Below, piece by piece: positions 50,760 through 60,257 of a stretch of DNA of 64,000 nt (the stretch's first letter is position 1; every line of letters starts with the position of its first letter). The stretch is taken from positions 4,704,001 to 4,768,000 of the forward strand of contig CBDCOX010000002.1 of assembly GCA_965219995.1 (NCBI GenBank), written 5' to 3'. Both the position numbers and the translations under genes were made by a program. Source of the stretch: Candidatus Latescibacterota bacterium. GTDB lineage: Bacteria; Latescibacterota; UBA2968; GCA-2709665. The notes beneath the pieces were generated by a model. That model was not told where the DNA came from and did no database searches. It saw only the letters and a program-made list of their open reading frames with translations.

Positions 50760-50883
50760 AGAGCGATCAGCCGTCAGCTTTCAGCGTTCAGCTTGAAGCG
50801 AAATACCAATCGGTCGACATCATCGGCGTGACGGGTTAAGCAAGAGGTCTGACGCCATCAATTGACGGCGTATCCGTCGATTT

Positions 50884-50907
50884 GTAGGGGCGGTTCGCGA
50901 ACCGCCC
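50884..50907 (+). repeat. GTAG-type REP-like palindrome
   Basis: GTAGGGGCGGTTC-GC-GAACCGCCC. Confidence 0.75.
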
Positions 50908-50918
50908 GAAATGCGGAA

Positions 50919-51377
50919 TTACCCATGCGCCCTGCTGTCCTTGACTTCAATCCCCTTCGCCTCCGCGAATGCGGTCGCCGCGGCGATGATTTCGGGTTTG
51001 ACTGTCTGGTTGACGCTATAACTCATTCCGCCAAAGTTAATCGCAACGCTTTTCTCGTTGTTGAGGATGAATTCGACCTTCTTCGTTTCAACGTGAATCT
51101 CAGCGATCGAAGGCCACGAAATATCGTCGTGCCGGAACAAGCCTTTCTCAATCTCCAGATTCGCATCCCTAAACGCTATAATGTGCTTGTTCATCTTTGG
51201 TACGAGACCAACGAAGGTCAAGATAAGCAGCCCCGCCACCAACTGGGCTGTGCCCAATAAGGTGCTGTTCTCCAAATAGATGAATCCTAAAACTACGAAC
51301 AATACACCCATAGCGGTTTGGGTCAGGAGAAACCCCCGCGTTACAGGTACGGTAAGGTCGAAAGTCTGCTCTTCCAT
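50919..51377 (-). CDS. Hypothetical 2-TM protein, paralog A
   Basis: GAGGAGG RBS; similar end-to-end to 53486..53938. Confidence 0.75.
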   Translation of the reverse strand: MEEQTFDLTVPVTRGFLLTQTAMGVLFVVLGFIYLENSTLLGTAQLVAGLLILTFVGLVPKMNKHIIAFRDANLEIEKGLFRHDDISWPSIAEIHVETKKVEFILNNEKSVAINFGGMSYSVNQTVKPEIIAAATAFAEAKGIEVKDSRAHG

Positions 51378-51664
51378 TGCGGGACCCTCCTCATTAATCG
51401 AACCGTGAGTAATCGCGGCCTGCCTGACCGTTGATTACTTTGTCGATGCCATGACACTTCAAGACATCGTTTGGACCAAGCCAATGCGCATGGGATGCGG
51501 GCTACGGGTTAATATACGACTACGACAGCAAATGTGAGAACCAAAGATATACTGGCCGCGGTTTCAGATTGCCCGGGTTGCACGGGTTGTCTTTTTCGAT
51601 CCGCTCTTCATGCCTATATTGTGCGGGGGAATTCAACTGGCATTTTGCGGAGGATGGCGAGGCG

Positions 51665-52432
51665 ATGCGGATTCTGATTGTCGATGGTTGGACCCATGAA
51701 GGGAACCGGACGCACGCGCTTGCGGGATGCGAGGAGCAGACGCGCGTGTTCGAGTCACTCGTTCGAGAGTTCCAGCTTGAGGCGGATATTCGGATTGTCG
51801 GGACGCAAAGCGACGCCGGGCCGGCAGATCTGAATCTCAGTACATTCGATGCCGCGGTCTGGACGGGCGGGGGCGGAAATATCTACGAGAACGACACATT
51901 CAACCGGCGCCAACTCAGGCTGGGCGAACGCGTCCTTGAGGAGGTACCGCACGTCTGGGGCAGTTGCTGGGGGTTTCAGGTCATCACGACCGTCTGCGGC
52001 GGGGAGGTGGCGCCCGCCCGCGCGCCGGAAATCGGCATCGCGAATCACATCACGGTCCGACCGGTGGATTTCGCCGAGACCCTTTATTGCGGAAAGCCAC
52101 ACACGTTCGATGCGCCCGCCCATCATTTCGACGAGACCGCCCGGCTGCCCGCCAGGTTCGACATTGTCGCGGAAAATGCGACAACGCTACAGGCCGTCGT
52201 ATCAAGAGACCGGCGCATCACGTGCACGCAATACCATCCGGAATTGCCCTATGACTACATCGGAAGGCTGATGATGCACTGGGCGCCCAATTACAGGTCG
52301 ATGTTCACGGAGGAGGCGTTTCAGGAGTTGCTGGCGGGGTTGAAGAAGAAGGAGAGGGAAGAAAAAGACCTGAGGAAGGTCGAATTCAGAAACTGGCTGG
52401 AATTCGTGAGGAAAGGCACAGATTTCGATTAA
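51665..52432 (+). CDS. Class I glutamine amidotransferase-like protein
   Basis: MRILIVDG, WTGGG, GSCWGFQ (Cys nucleophile), QYHPE. Confidence 0.85.
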   Translation: MRILIVDGWTHEGNRTHALAGCEEQTRVFESLVREFQLEADIRIVGTQSDAGPADLNLSTFDAAVWTGGGGNIYENDTFNRRQLRLGERVLEEVPHVWGSCWGFQVITTVCGGEVAPARAPEIGIANHITVRPVDFAETLYCGKPHTFDAPAHHFDETARLPARFDIVAENATTLQAVVSRDRRITCTQYHPELPYDYIGRLMMHWAPNYRSMFTEEAFQELLAGLKKKEREEKDLRKVEFRNWLEFVRKGTDFD

Positions 52433-52455
52433 TTCAGAATCAAGTGATCCCCCTC

Positions 52456-53378
52456 TGTCATTCTGAGCGCAGCGAAGAATCTCCCGTCTTCGCGATCGTC
52501 CAATACCTATTAGCGCGTTAAACTCATTGGCACGGACACATCGCCGGCATGGCGCGATGCAGGCAGACAGGAGTGTCTGCCCCACCCTCACTTCCCCAAT
52601 GGCTATTGCAAAACCTGTCATTCTGAGCGGAGTCGAAAACCGCCTACCAAAACGTGGTCATTGCTTGCGTTGAGCTTGTCGAAACGGCTTGTCGAAATGC
52701 CCGTATATGGGGATCCCATCGACACACGTGCCGCCTGTGGCGTCGATTGAGTACCAGGAGCCTGGGTATCAGCCGATGCCGCAGTAGATCCTTCGTCAGC
52801 CGGCCTGCCGATAATTCTCTGGCAGGCCTGACGGCTTCCTCAGGATGACATGTTGGGCGAGGGTGTAACGGATGCCTTTCGGGGATGATGATGTACACGC
52901 ATGTCATTCTGAGCGCAGCGAAGAATCTCCCGTATTCTCAGTCGTCCTATACACAGCAACGCGTTAAACTCATTTGCGCGGACAGATCGTCGGCATAGCG
53001 CGATGCAGGCAGACAGGAGTGTCTGCCCCACCCTCACTTCCCCAATGGCTATTGCAAAACCTGTCATTCTGAGCGGAGTCGAAGACCGCCTACCAAAACG
53101 TGGTCATTGCTTGCGTTGAGCTTGTCGAAACGGCTTGTCGAAATGCCCGTATATGGGGATCCCATCGACACACGTGCCGCCTGTGGCGTCGATTGAGTAC
53201 CAGGAGCCTGGGTATCAGCCGATGCCGCAGTAGATCCTTCGTCAGCCGGCCTGCCGATAATTCTCTGGCAGGCCGGTCGCTTCCTCAGGATGACATGTTG
53301 GGCGTAGACTTGACCCAGACACTTCGCCAATGGCTATTGCATAGCATGTCATTCTGAGCGTAGCGAAGAATCTCCCGT
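52456..53378. repeat. Tandem ~445-bp mosaic of palindromic repeats (two units plus start of a third)
   Basis: TGTCATTCTGAGCG(C/T)AGCGAAGAATCTCCCGT starts at 52456, 52902 and 53347; the internal ~300 bp of units 1 and 2 are nearly identical. Confidence 0.9.
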
Positions 53379-53485
53379 CTGTTCGGTCGTCCTTAACGCC
53401 AAATTACGCGCCAATCACATCTGCGCGTGGACTTCGTCAGAGTGCGAGTGAGCAGGTTGCCGCATTGAAGCGCGGCGCGGTGTCA

Positions 53486-53938
53486 TCAGCTTCGACTGTC
53501 TCTGACGGGAATTCCCTTCACCGCCGCGAACTCATTCAGCGTCTCGATGATTTGGGGTTTTACGATCTGGTTGTCAACATAGCTCAGACTAAATCTCCAT
53601 TTCACGCGTTTTCCCTCCTTGAGCCCGATTACCACTTTCATCAATTGTACTTGAATCTCAGAGATTGTCTCCCAGGGAATCGTAAGTTTCCTGTACAAAC
53701 TCCCGTCAATCACGAGGTGCGCATCGTGAAACGTAACGACATATCTGTGTACACGCGGCGTCAATGCAACGAAAAGCAGGAATATCAAACCGAAGGCGAA
53801 TTGCACACCGCCGAAAACATCGTCACCCCTCAGCGTGCTGAAGTAACCGCTGGCGATCTCGATAATGCCAAAAACCGTCCAGGTCACGATCATCAAACGG
53901 GATACAGGGACAGAGAGATCGAATGTTCGGGAATCCAT
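53486..53938 (-). CDS. Hypothetical 2-TM protein, paralog B
   Basis: TFDLSVPV...IPWETISEI...QIVKPQII..FAAVKGIPVRDSR parallels paralog A. Confidence 0.75.
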   Translation of the reverse strand: MDSRTFDLSVPVSRLMIVTWTVFGIIEIASGYFSTLRGDDVFGGVQFAFGLIFLLFVALTPRVHRYVVTFHDAHLVIDGSLYRKLTIPWETISEIQVQLMKVVIGLKEGKRVKWRFSLSYVDNQIVKPQIIETLNEFAAVKGIPVRDSRS

Positions 53939-54483
53939 GGCAGCGGTGTTCTTTAGGGAACGGATTTAAACCAGTAGGATCCCGCCCGGGTACCGAGCGT
54001 ATCCTTCGGCCGCATTGAAACTGAATCGCGGCCCACAATTGGCACATACACGAACCATATCTAAAGATACGCTCTTGTGCGTTGAAAAGAGCACCAAAGT
54101 TGGTATGGCGTCGTACCGGAAATTACCTCGATTGCGAGTTGTAATCATCCACCTGCCTTGTGGTACAGGCACCCATTTCGCACAGAAAATTCGCCGGAAC
54201 GGTTGTTTTCTGGTATCTCCCTATCGCTGCTAATGCGTTCAGGTCCATTTGTGAAGTCTAGATTTCCCTTGACTCAAAGGGAATCTTGGATTTCCTTCTT
54301 TGTCTGGCGAATGAATTCGGGTGGTGTGGTTTGCGGTTGGGTTTGGCTGTTGCGAAATTGAGTCGTCCCGTTCACTCGACCTCTGGGCGCGAGGAGTGAA
54401 GAGCAGAGCCGGATGTTCTTCAGCACTCGCGCGGTTTCAACTCGGGGGCGGGGAGACGGGTTTTTTGTCCACGTTGGGATGGT

Positions 54484-56118
54484 ATGCGGTCCATATCAGA
54501 GTTTCTGAGCGGCAAGACGCTGTTCGTGACGGGCGCAACGGGGTTTCTGGCGAAGGGATTCGTGGAGAAGATCCTGTTTTCGTCCCCCGAAGTGGTGCGG
54601 ATCTATCTCCTGATCCGGCCTCGGTCGCGTTCCAACGGACAGATCATTTCCGAAGCGGAACGGCTGGAGTCGGAGGTGCTTCAGTCCCGCGCGTTCGCGA
54701 GGCTCCGCGAGAAGTGGGGCGCCGCGTTTCAATCGGTGATGGCGGAAAAGATCGAACCGGTGGCCGGCGATCTGACCGAAGACGGTCTTGGGATTTCCTC
54801 GGGGCAGCGCGAGCGCCTCATTGAGGAGGTTGATTTCGTCGTCAACTTTGCCGGGACCGTGGTCTTCGACGAGCCCATCGACAGCGCGCTCGAGCAGAAC
54901 ACGATGGGCGCCGCCCGGGTATTGGCGTTCGCGAAGTCCTGCCGGAAAGCCGCGCTCGTTCATGTGTCGACGGCGTACGTCAGCGGGACCCGGACCGGCC
55001 AAATTCCCGAGGCCCCGTTTCCCCAGGACCGGAGCGTAACGGACCTCATCAACGGAAGCGCGGCAGGATTCGACCTCCAGGGCGAGATCGACGCCATTCG
55101 GACCTTTGCGAAGAAGGTGAAGGCGGCGTCCGACGAGCCCGAATTGGAGGCGGCGTTCCTGAAGCAGCTCCGGCGCCAGGACCGCGGCAAACGCGTGACC
55201 GACTATCGGAAGGCGCACCAGGTCGAGGCCCTCCGCGAGCGCTGGATCCGGAAGCAGCTGGTGGATGAAGGGATGCGGCGGGCCAGGCGCTTCGGATGGA
55301 ATGACAGCTATACGCTCACGAAGGCGATGGGCGAGCAGTTGATCGTAAAGTCGCGCGGCGATCTGCCGACGGCCATCGTCCGGCCGGCGATCGTGGAAAG
55401 CAGTCTCGAGGACCCGGAGCCGGGCTGGGTCGAGGACCTGAAAGTCGCCGATCCGCTGATCGTCCACTACGGCAAGGGCCGGCTGTCGAATTTTCCCATC
55501 GATCCCGGGATCGTCCTGGACATTATCCCCGTGGATGTACTGAACAATGCCGTCGCCGCAGTGCTTCCTCAGGTACACGGATCGCGCGAGATGAAGGTCT
55601 ACCACGTGGCGTCGGGCTCGCAGAATCCGGTCCGGGCGAGCGAAGTGGTGGAACATGTTTACGGGTACTTCAAGACCTCGCCCCTGCGCGACCGGAAAGG
55701 GCAGCCCATCGAAGTTCGGCCCTGGCAGTTCATCAGCAGACGCCGGTTCTCCTGTATGGTCCTGTTGAAATACAAGCTTCCGCTGCGCCTCCTCAAGGCA
55801 GCCGTAGACTATTTGCCAACCCGGTGGGTTTCCCGGTACAGGCGCCGGGTGATGGTAATGGAAGCCATACTGGTCAGGCTCGAGTCCCTGCTCGACATTT
55901 ATTGCGGGTACACCCATCTGGACTGTGAATTCGAAACGGAGAATACCCGCCGGTTGTTCCAGGCGCTGAATCCTGAGGACCAGAGGGTCTTCAACTTCGA
56001 CGTGACGCGCATCAACTGGCGGGAATACTTCCAGGAGATCCACATTCCGGGATTGAAACACCACGTGTTGAAAGAAGGGGACGGGGCGGTTTCCACGCTG
56101 ACCGCCGGGGCCGTTTGA
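54484..56118 (+). CDS. Alcohol-forming fatty acyl-CoA/ACP reductase (FAR; NAD_binding_4 + Sterile domain)
   Basis: TGATGFLAK, HVSTAYV, YTLTK catalytic motif, IVRPAIVES, DIIPVD, C-terminal FNFDVTRINWREYF..HIPGL. Confidence 0.9.
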   Translation: MRSISEFLSGKTLFVTGATGFLAKGFVEKILFSSPEVVRIYLLIRPRSRSNGQIISEAERLESEVLQSRAFARLREKWGAAFQSVMAEKIEPVAGDLTEDGLGISSGQRERLIEEVDFVVNFAGTVVFDEPIDSALEQNTMGAARVLAFAKSCRKAALVHVSTAYVSGTRTGQIPEAPFPQDRSVTDLINGSAAGFDLQGEIDAIRTFAKKVKAASDEPELEAAFLKQLRRQDRGKRVTDYRKAHQVEALRERWIRKQLVDEGMRRARRFGWNDSYTLTKAMGEQLIVKSRGDLPTAIVRPAIVESSLEDPEPGWVEDLKVADPLIVHYGKGRLSNFPIDPGIVLDIIPVDVLNNAVAAVLPQVHGSREMKVYHVASGSQNPVRASEVVEHVYGYFKTSPLRDRKGQPIEVRPWQFISRRRFSCMVLLKYKLPLRLLKAAVDYLPTRWVSRYRRRVMVMEAILVRLESLLDIYCGYTHLDCEFETENTRRLFQALNPEDQRVFNFDVTRINWREYFQEIHIPGLKHHVLKEGDGAVSTLTAGAV

Positions 56119-56139
56119 CCGGCTTGCGGGGTTTAACGA

Positions 56140-58080
56140 ATGAATCGGAACCAATCAGTTCCCGTGCACCGAATGTTGTTGCAGGATCCCGCCCGGTTGG
56201 GAGCCGCTTACGACCAGGCGGCCACGGAGCTGATCGCGGCCGTTGAGCCCGAGGGCTATTTCACGGGGTGGACGGCCGGGGATCTGGCGTGGCCGGCTGG
56301 CGGCGCCGGCGAGGTCGGCCTCCAGGGTTTGCGCAAGCGGGCCCGGATCGTGGACGCGATCTACCAGGGTGTACCCGGTTTGCGGGACAGCCGCCTGAAG
56401 GAGGCGCACGACCATTTCGCCGAACTGACGCCGGCTTACCACGAAGGAAACCGCATCTACCTGCGGCTCAGGGATGAATTCGTTGGCAGCGGCGCCGGAA
56501 CCGGCCCGGATTTTCTGAAACTGTACCAGTCCCTGTACGTGGATGCGCTCGCGAAAGGGGACGATTTTTCGCCGGACCCTGCCGAAACCGCACTGGCGCG
56601 AGCCCGGATCTCCCGGGTGCCGCTGTCGCACGCCAGGGCCGTTGCGGAAGCGCTGCCCAGCGTGACGACTGACGACGATCCGCGCTGGAAGGTGGAATAC
56701 GCCTGTACGGTAGATGGCGAGACCTGGAATGGAACCCTCCGGGAACTCCTTGAAGACGTGGCGCAGCGGACCCTGCACTACATCGCGGCCGGAGAGCTTC
56801 TCGCCACGCGCTACAACACCTACAATAACCTGGGCTGGTTTGGCAGTTCGGTGTGGAAGGTGGTCGCGGAAGCCGACGTGCGACTGTGTCGGATGGAGGA
56901 ATCGGATCCCGCACGCTCGGAGAGGCTAAAGGCCGACGTTGACCTGACACGCAGCATGCTCGTGGAGTTCCTGGCGGCGCACCGGGAGGACCCCGCCCGG
57001 CTCAGGCCTGAGAACTACTGGTACGGGCAACCGTACAGCTATCTGACGCGGGACATGATCGACGTGAGCGTCCGGATCGCTGAGGGCGTGAATTCGGCGG
57101 CAAGGGACCTGGACGGGGTGGCGGAGATGGCGCTCCCGCCCCTGCTGGCGGGCACCCACGTCGGCCGGTTTCTGGACTACGCCCACGTGGGCGTGACCGA
57201 GGAACTGACGTCCTTCCAGCGAAAGATCCGGATGTTGCGGTGGGCGAGTCGGTGCTGGCGGGTGGGAAAGCGCCGCCGGCAAATCGCGGACGAGAACCTG
57301 GGGCCGTCACAGCGGCACGAACGCGCGTGGGAGGTCTGGCTGGATTGGTCCCGGGACACGATGAACGCCTTCGGAATCCGGCTGGAAGTGACGATCGCAC
57401 CCTTGTTCCGGACGCTGGTCCGTGAAATGGACCTTGCAGCCGGCGGTCAGAGGATACTGTTCCTGCCGTCGCACCAGAGCATGCTCGAGCATTTCGTGGT
57501 GTTTTCCGTCTTCAACGATCCGGTGTTCCTGGATGCGATGGGTTGGGATCGGTCCCGCCCGGTCGTCCAGCTCGCCCGAACGGGACTGGCGAAGTCGACG
57601 TCGGTGAAGATCGGGTCCCATGAGATCAGTATCTTCGGGATGTCACCGGACAAGTTCGACCGGATGTTCGAGACGGTCGACGGTTTCATCACCCGTGACA
57701 GCGTGGATATCTCATCCCATACGATTCCGCGCATCCTGCAGGAGATGGAGCGCCGTCCGGGTGTGATCTATCCGATGGGCACGACGGCTTCGTTCGACGT
57801 GCAGTTGTTCCCGCTGCAGCACGCGCTTTTCGCGAAACTGCCCCAGGACGTCGTGATGGTCCCGATCGTGTTTCGGGGCAGCCACGCGCTCTGGCCCAAG
57901 TGTCCGGCGCGCAATCTGAATATCAATCCCGGCGTGATCGAGGCGGTGATCCTGCCCCCGATGCCGGGAGAGACCACGTTGCTGCCGCGCCGCCGGTCCC
58001 TGCGCATCCAGCTGGAGGCCGCCAATCTGCTTCAGGCGGTACATATTTCAAACCTGCTGAATCCGGAACCCTCGCGATGA
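56140..58080 (+). CDS. Unknown N-terminal domain + GNPAT/PlsB-like acyltransferase domain
   Basis: ILFLPSHQSMLE (block I), GFITRD (block II), VIYPMGT (block III), DVVMVPIV (block IV). Confidence 0.65.
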   Translation: MNRNQSVPVHRMLLQDPARLGAAYDQAATELIAAVEPEGYFTGWTAGDLAWPAGGAGEVGLQGLRKRARIVDAIYQGVPGLRDSRLKEAHDHFAELTPAYHEGNRIYLRLRDEFVGSGAGTGPDFLKLYQSLYVDALAKGDDFSPDPAETALARARISRVPLSHARAVAEALPSVTTDDDPRWKVEYACTVDGETWNGTLRELLEDVAQRTLHYIAAGELLATRYNTYNNLGWFGSSVWKVVAEADVRLCRMEESDPARSERLKADVDLTRSMLVEFLAAHREDPARLRPENYWYGQPYSYLTRDMIDVSVRIAEGVNSAARDLDGVAEMALPPLLAGTHVGRFLDYAHVGVTEELTSFQRKIRMLRWASRCWRVGKRRRQIADENLGPSQRHERAWEVWLDWSRDTMNAFGIRLEVTIAPLFRTLVREMDLAAGGQRILFLPSHQSMLEHFVVFSVFNDPVFLDAMGWDRSRPVVQLARTGLAKSTSVKIGSHEISIFGMSPDKFDRMFETVDGFITRDSVDISSHTIPRILQEMERRPGVIYPMGTTASFDVQLFPLQHALFAKLPQDVVMVPIVFRGSHALWPKCPARNLNINPGVIEAVILPPMPGETTLLPRRRSLRIQLEAANLLQAVHISNLLNPEPSR

Positions 58081-58170
58081 CGAACCGGACCGGAATGTTC
58101 GGACACTTTGTACGAAATCCCAGGGCCGCGTGCCTCGGGCCCCGCCCGTTGAGCTAACCAGGAATACGTT

Positions 58171-60018
58171 ATGCCTGAATGGGGAATAGCAACGCTTGCC
58201 GCAGCGGCCATTCTGCTGGTTGCGCTTCTGCCCAGACGGAGGGGGTCCGGAAGCGAACCGGACGAGTTTTTCGATCATTCCGAAGCGGAACGGTTTCCCC
58301 ACAAGTGGGGATACACGGACACGCGGTTCGAGTTTGTGGACGATCGGACGCTGAAGGTGACCGGCAGCCGGTACCCCATCTCGGGATACCGCATGCCGTT
58401 TCTGATCGACTTTGTGGAGGACGTGCTGGGCATTACGATCCGGAGGGAAGACGCGTTTGCCGAGCGCGCCGATATTGAAGCGCAGGAACCGAACGTGGAC
58501 GCGGCGTTCCGGAGTGCGATGAAGAAACGGTTCGGAGGCGGGCGGGTTTCATTCGATCCTGAAGCCAGGCTGATGCACAGCCACGGACAGCTGAGCGTGG
58601 AGGAAGTGTACCGCGTGATGTATGGAGATTCGCTTCCCAGGCTGGTCGACCTGGTGTTCTATCCCGAGGAGGAGGCCGACGTCAAGGCCATGATCGACCT
58701 CGCCAACGTGCATAACGTGTGCCTGGTGCCCTATGGCGGCGGGACGAACGTGAGCGGCGCGCTGGCGTGTCCGGCCGAGGAGCGGCGCACGATCGTTTCC
58801 GTGGATATGCGACGGATGGACCGGGTGGTGTGGATTGACGAGGCCAATCTTCAGGCCTGTGTCGAGGCCGGGATTTCGGGTAAGGCGATGGAGAGGGCGC
58901 TGGGAGATCGGGGGTACACGTCCGGACACGATCCCGACAGCGTGGAATTGTCCACGATGGGCGGCTGGATCTCGACAAATGCGAGCGGGATGAAGAAGAA
59001 CCGGTACGGCAATATCGAAGACATCGTGCTCGAGGCCACGCTGGTGACGCCCACCGGCGAAATCGCAACCCGCCAGGTCACGCCCAGAAACTCCACGGGC
59101 GTCCAGCCGCGGGGATTGCTGTTCGGAAGCGAAGGCAATTTCGGCATTATCACCACGGCGGTGATCAAGATTCATCCGATCCCCGAGGCGCGCAAGTACG
59201 GGGCGCTCGTTTTCCCGGCTTTCGAGAAGGGCGTTTCTTATCTGAAGGCGCTCCGGCAGACCGGCATGCTGCCCGCGAGCATCCGCCTGGTCAACAACAA
59301 CGAATTCCGGTTCGGACAGGCCCTGAAAGGGGAGCCGTCGTTCCTGAAGGGCGTCAAGGAAAAGATCCAGAAATTCGTCCTGTTGAAGGTGCTGGGTTTC
59401 GATCCGATGAAGATGGGCGCGTGCACCATCGTGATGGAGGGCACGCACGACGAAGTCCGCCAGCAGGAACGCACCATCTTCAGCCTGGCGAAGAAATACG
59501 GCGCCAAAAGCGCGGGCGCCAGCAACGGCAAGCGAGGATATTCGCTGACGTTCGGCATCGCCTATATTCGCGATTTCCTGAACCAATACGGCATTCTGGG
59601 CGAAACCTTCGAGACGTCTGTCCCCTGGGACCGGATCCACCGGGTTTGCAGTGCGGTATCGGAGGAACTGGTGACGCAGGCCGCCGCGCACAACGTGACG
59701 GGGAAACCCTACCTCTCGTACCGGGTGACGCAGACCTATCATACGGGCGTCTGCATTTATTTCACGATGGGTATTTACGGCAAGGGCCTGGAAAAGCCCG
59801 GCCGGACGTTTCACGCGATCGAACACCGGCTTCGGCAGGTGATCCTGGACAATGGAGGGTCTCTGTCGCACCACCACGGCGTTGGAAAGGTGAGGAAGGA
59901 CTTCCTGCCGCAGATCCAGAGCGATAACAGCATCCAGGTGATGCGTCAGGCCAAGAACGCGATGGATCCGAACAACATCTTCGGGATCCGGAATGGCGTT
60001 TTCGGGGAAATGGACTGA
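58171..60018 (+). CDS. agps: Alkyl-dihydroxyacetonephosphate synthase, eukaryote-type
   Basis: PYGGGTNVS, GHDPDSVELSTMGGWISTNASGMKKNRYGNIED, PASIRL, FETSVPW, RVTQTY, SHHHGVGK. Confidence 0.9.
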   Translation: MPEWGIATLAAAAILLVALLPRRRGSGSEPDEFFDHSEAERFPHKWGYTDTRFEFVDDRTLKVTGSRYPISGYRMPFLIDFVEDVLGITIRREDAFAERADIEAQEPNVDAAFRSAMKKRFGGGRVSFDPEARLMHSHGQLSVEEVYRVMYGDSLPRLVDLVFYPEEEADVKAMIDLANVHNVCLVPYGGGTNVSGALACPAEERRTIVSVDMRRMDRVVWIDEANLQACVEAGISGKAMERALGDRGYTSGHDPDSVELSTMGGWISTNASGMKKNRYGNIEDIVLEATLVTPTGEIATRQVTPRNSTGVQPRGLLFGSEGNFGIITTAVIKIHPIPEARKYGALVFPAFEKGVSYLKALRQTGMLPASIRLVNNNEFRFGQALKGEPSFLKGVKEKIQKFVLLKVLGFDPMKMGACTIVMEGTHDEVRQQERTIFSLAKKYGAKSAGASNGKRGYSLTFGIAYIRDFLNQYGILGETFETSVPWDRIHRVCSAVSEELVTQAAAHNVTGKPYLSYRVTQTYHTGVCIYFTMGIYGKGLEKPGRTFHAIEHRLRQVILDNGGSLSHHHGVGKVRKDFLPQIQSDNSIQVMRQAKNAMDPNNIFGIRNGVFGEMD

Positions 60019-60078
60019 CGATAGATGAAGACCTGAAAACGGTGAGACGTAAGTCACGGTAGACGGTAGTTAAAGGCG

Positions 60079-60193
60079 GTGAGACGTAAAACGGTAGACG
60101 GTAGAAGACGTCCTTGCCCGATTGATTCTACCTTAATGCCTCTGGCAAGATGTGAAACCACACGGGGCACACAATATCTCACGTCTCCCGTCT
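60079..60193 (+). mobile_element. 115-bp MITE-like element, copy 2
   Basis: Inverted near-identical copy of 48228-48342, preceded by extra GAGACGTAA/ACGGTAG units at 60039-60070. Confidence 0.8.
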
Positions 60194-60257
60194 AACGTCT
60201 ACCCGTTCTTCAGGTCTATGTGTGAGCGGAATTTGACTCTGACCTGGAAGGTCACGT

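Noticed and set aside
52644-53357. Duplicated small ORFs (MVIACVELVETACRNAR..., MTGFAIAIGEVRVG...)
   Set aside because: They arise from the tandem palindromic mosaic; no RBS or protein-like features.
52456-53378. Possible CRISPR array
   Set aside because: The period is about 445 bp, the intervening sequences are copies of one another rather than unique spacers, and no cas genes are present.
54496-60057. Long - strand ORFs (552 aa and 502 aa)
   Set aside because: Antisense shadows of the FAR and AGPS genes.
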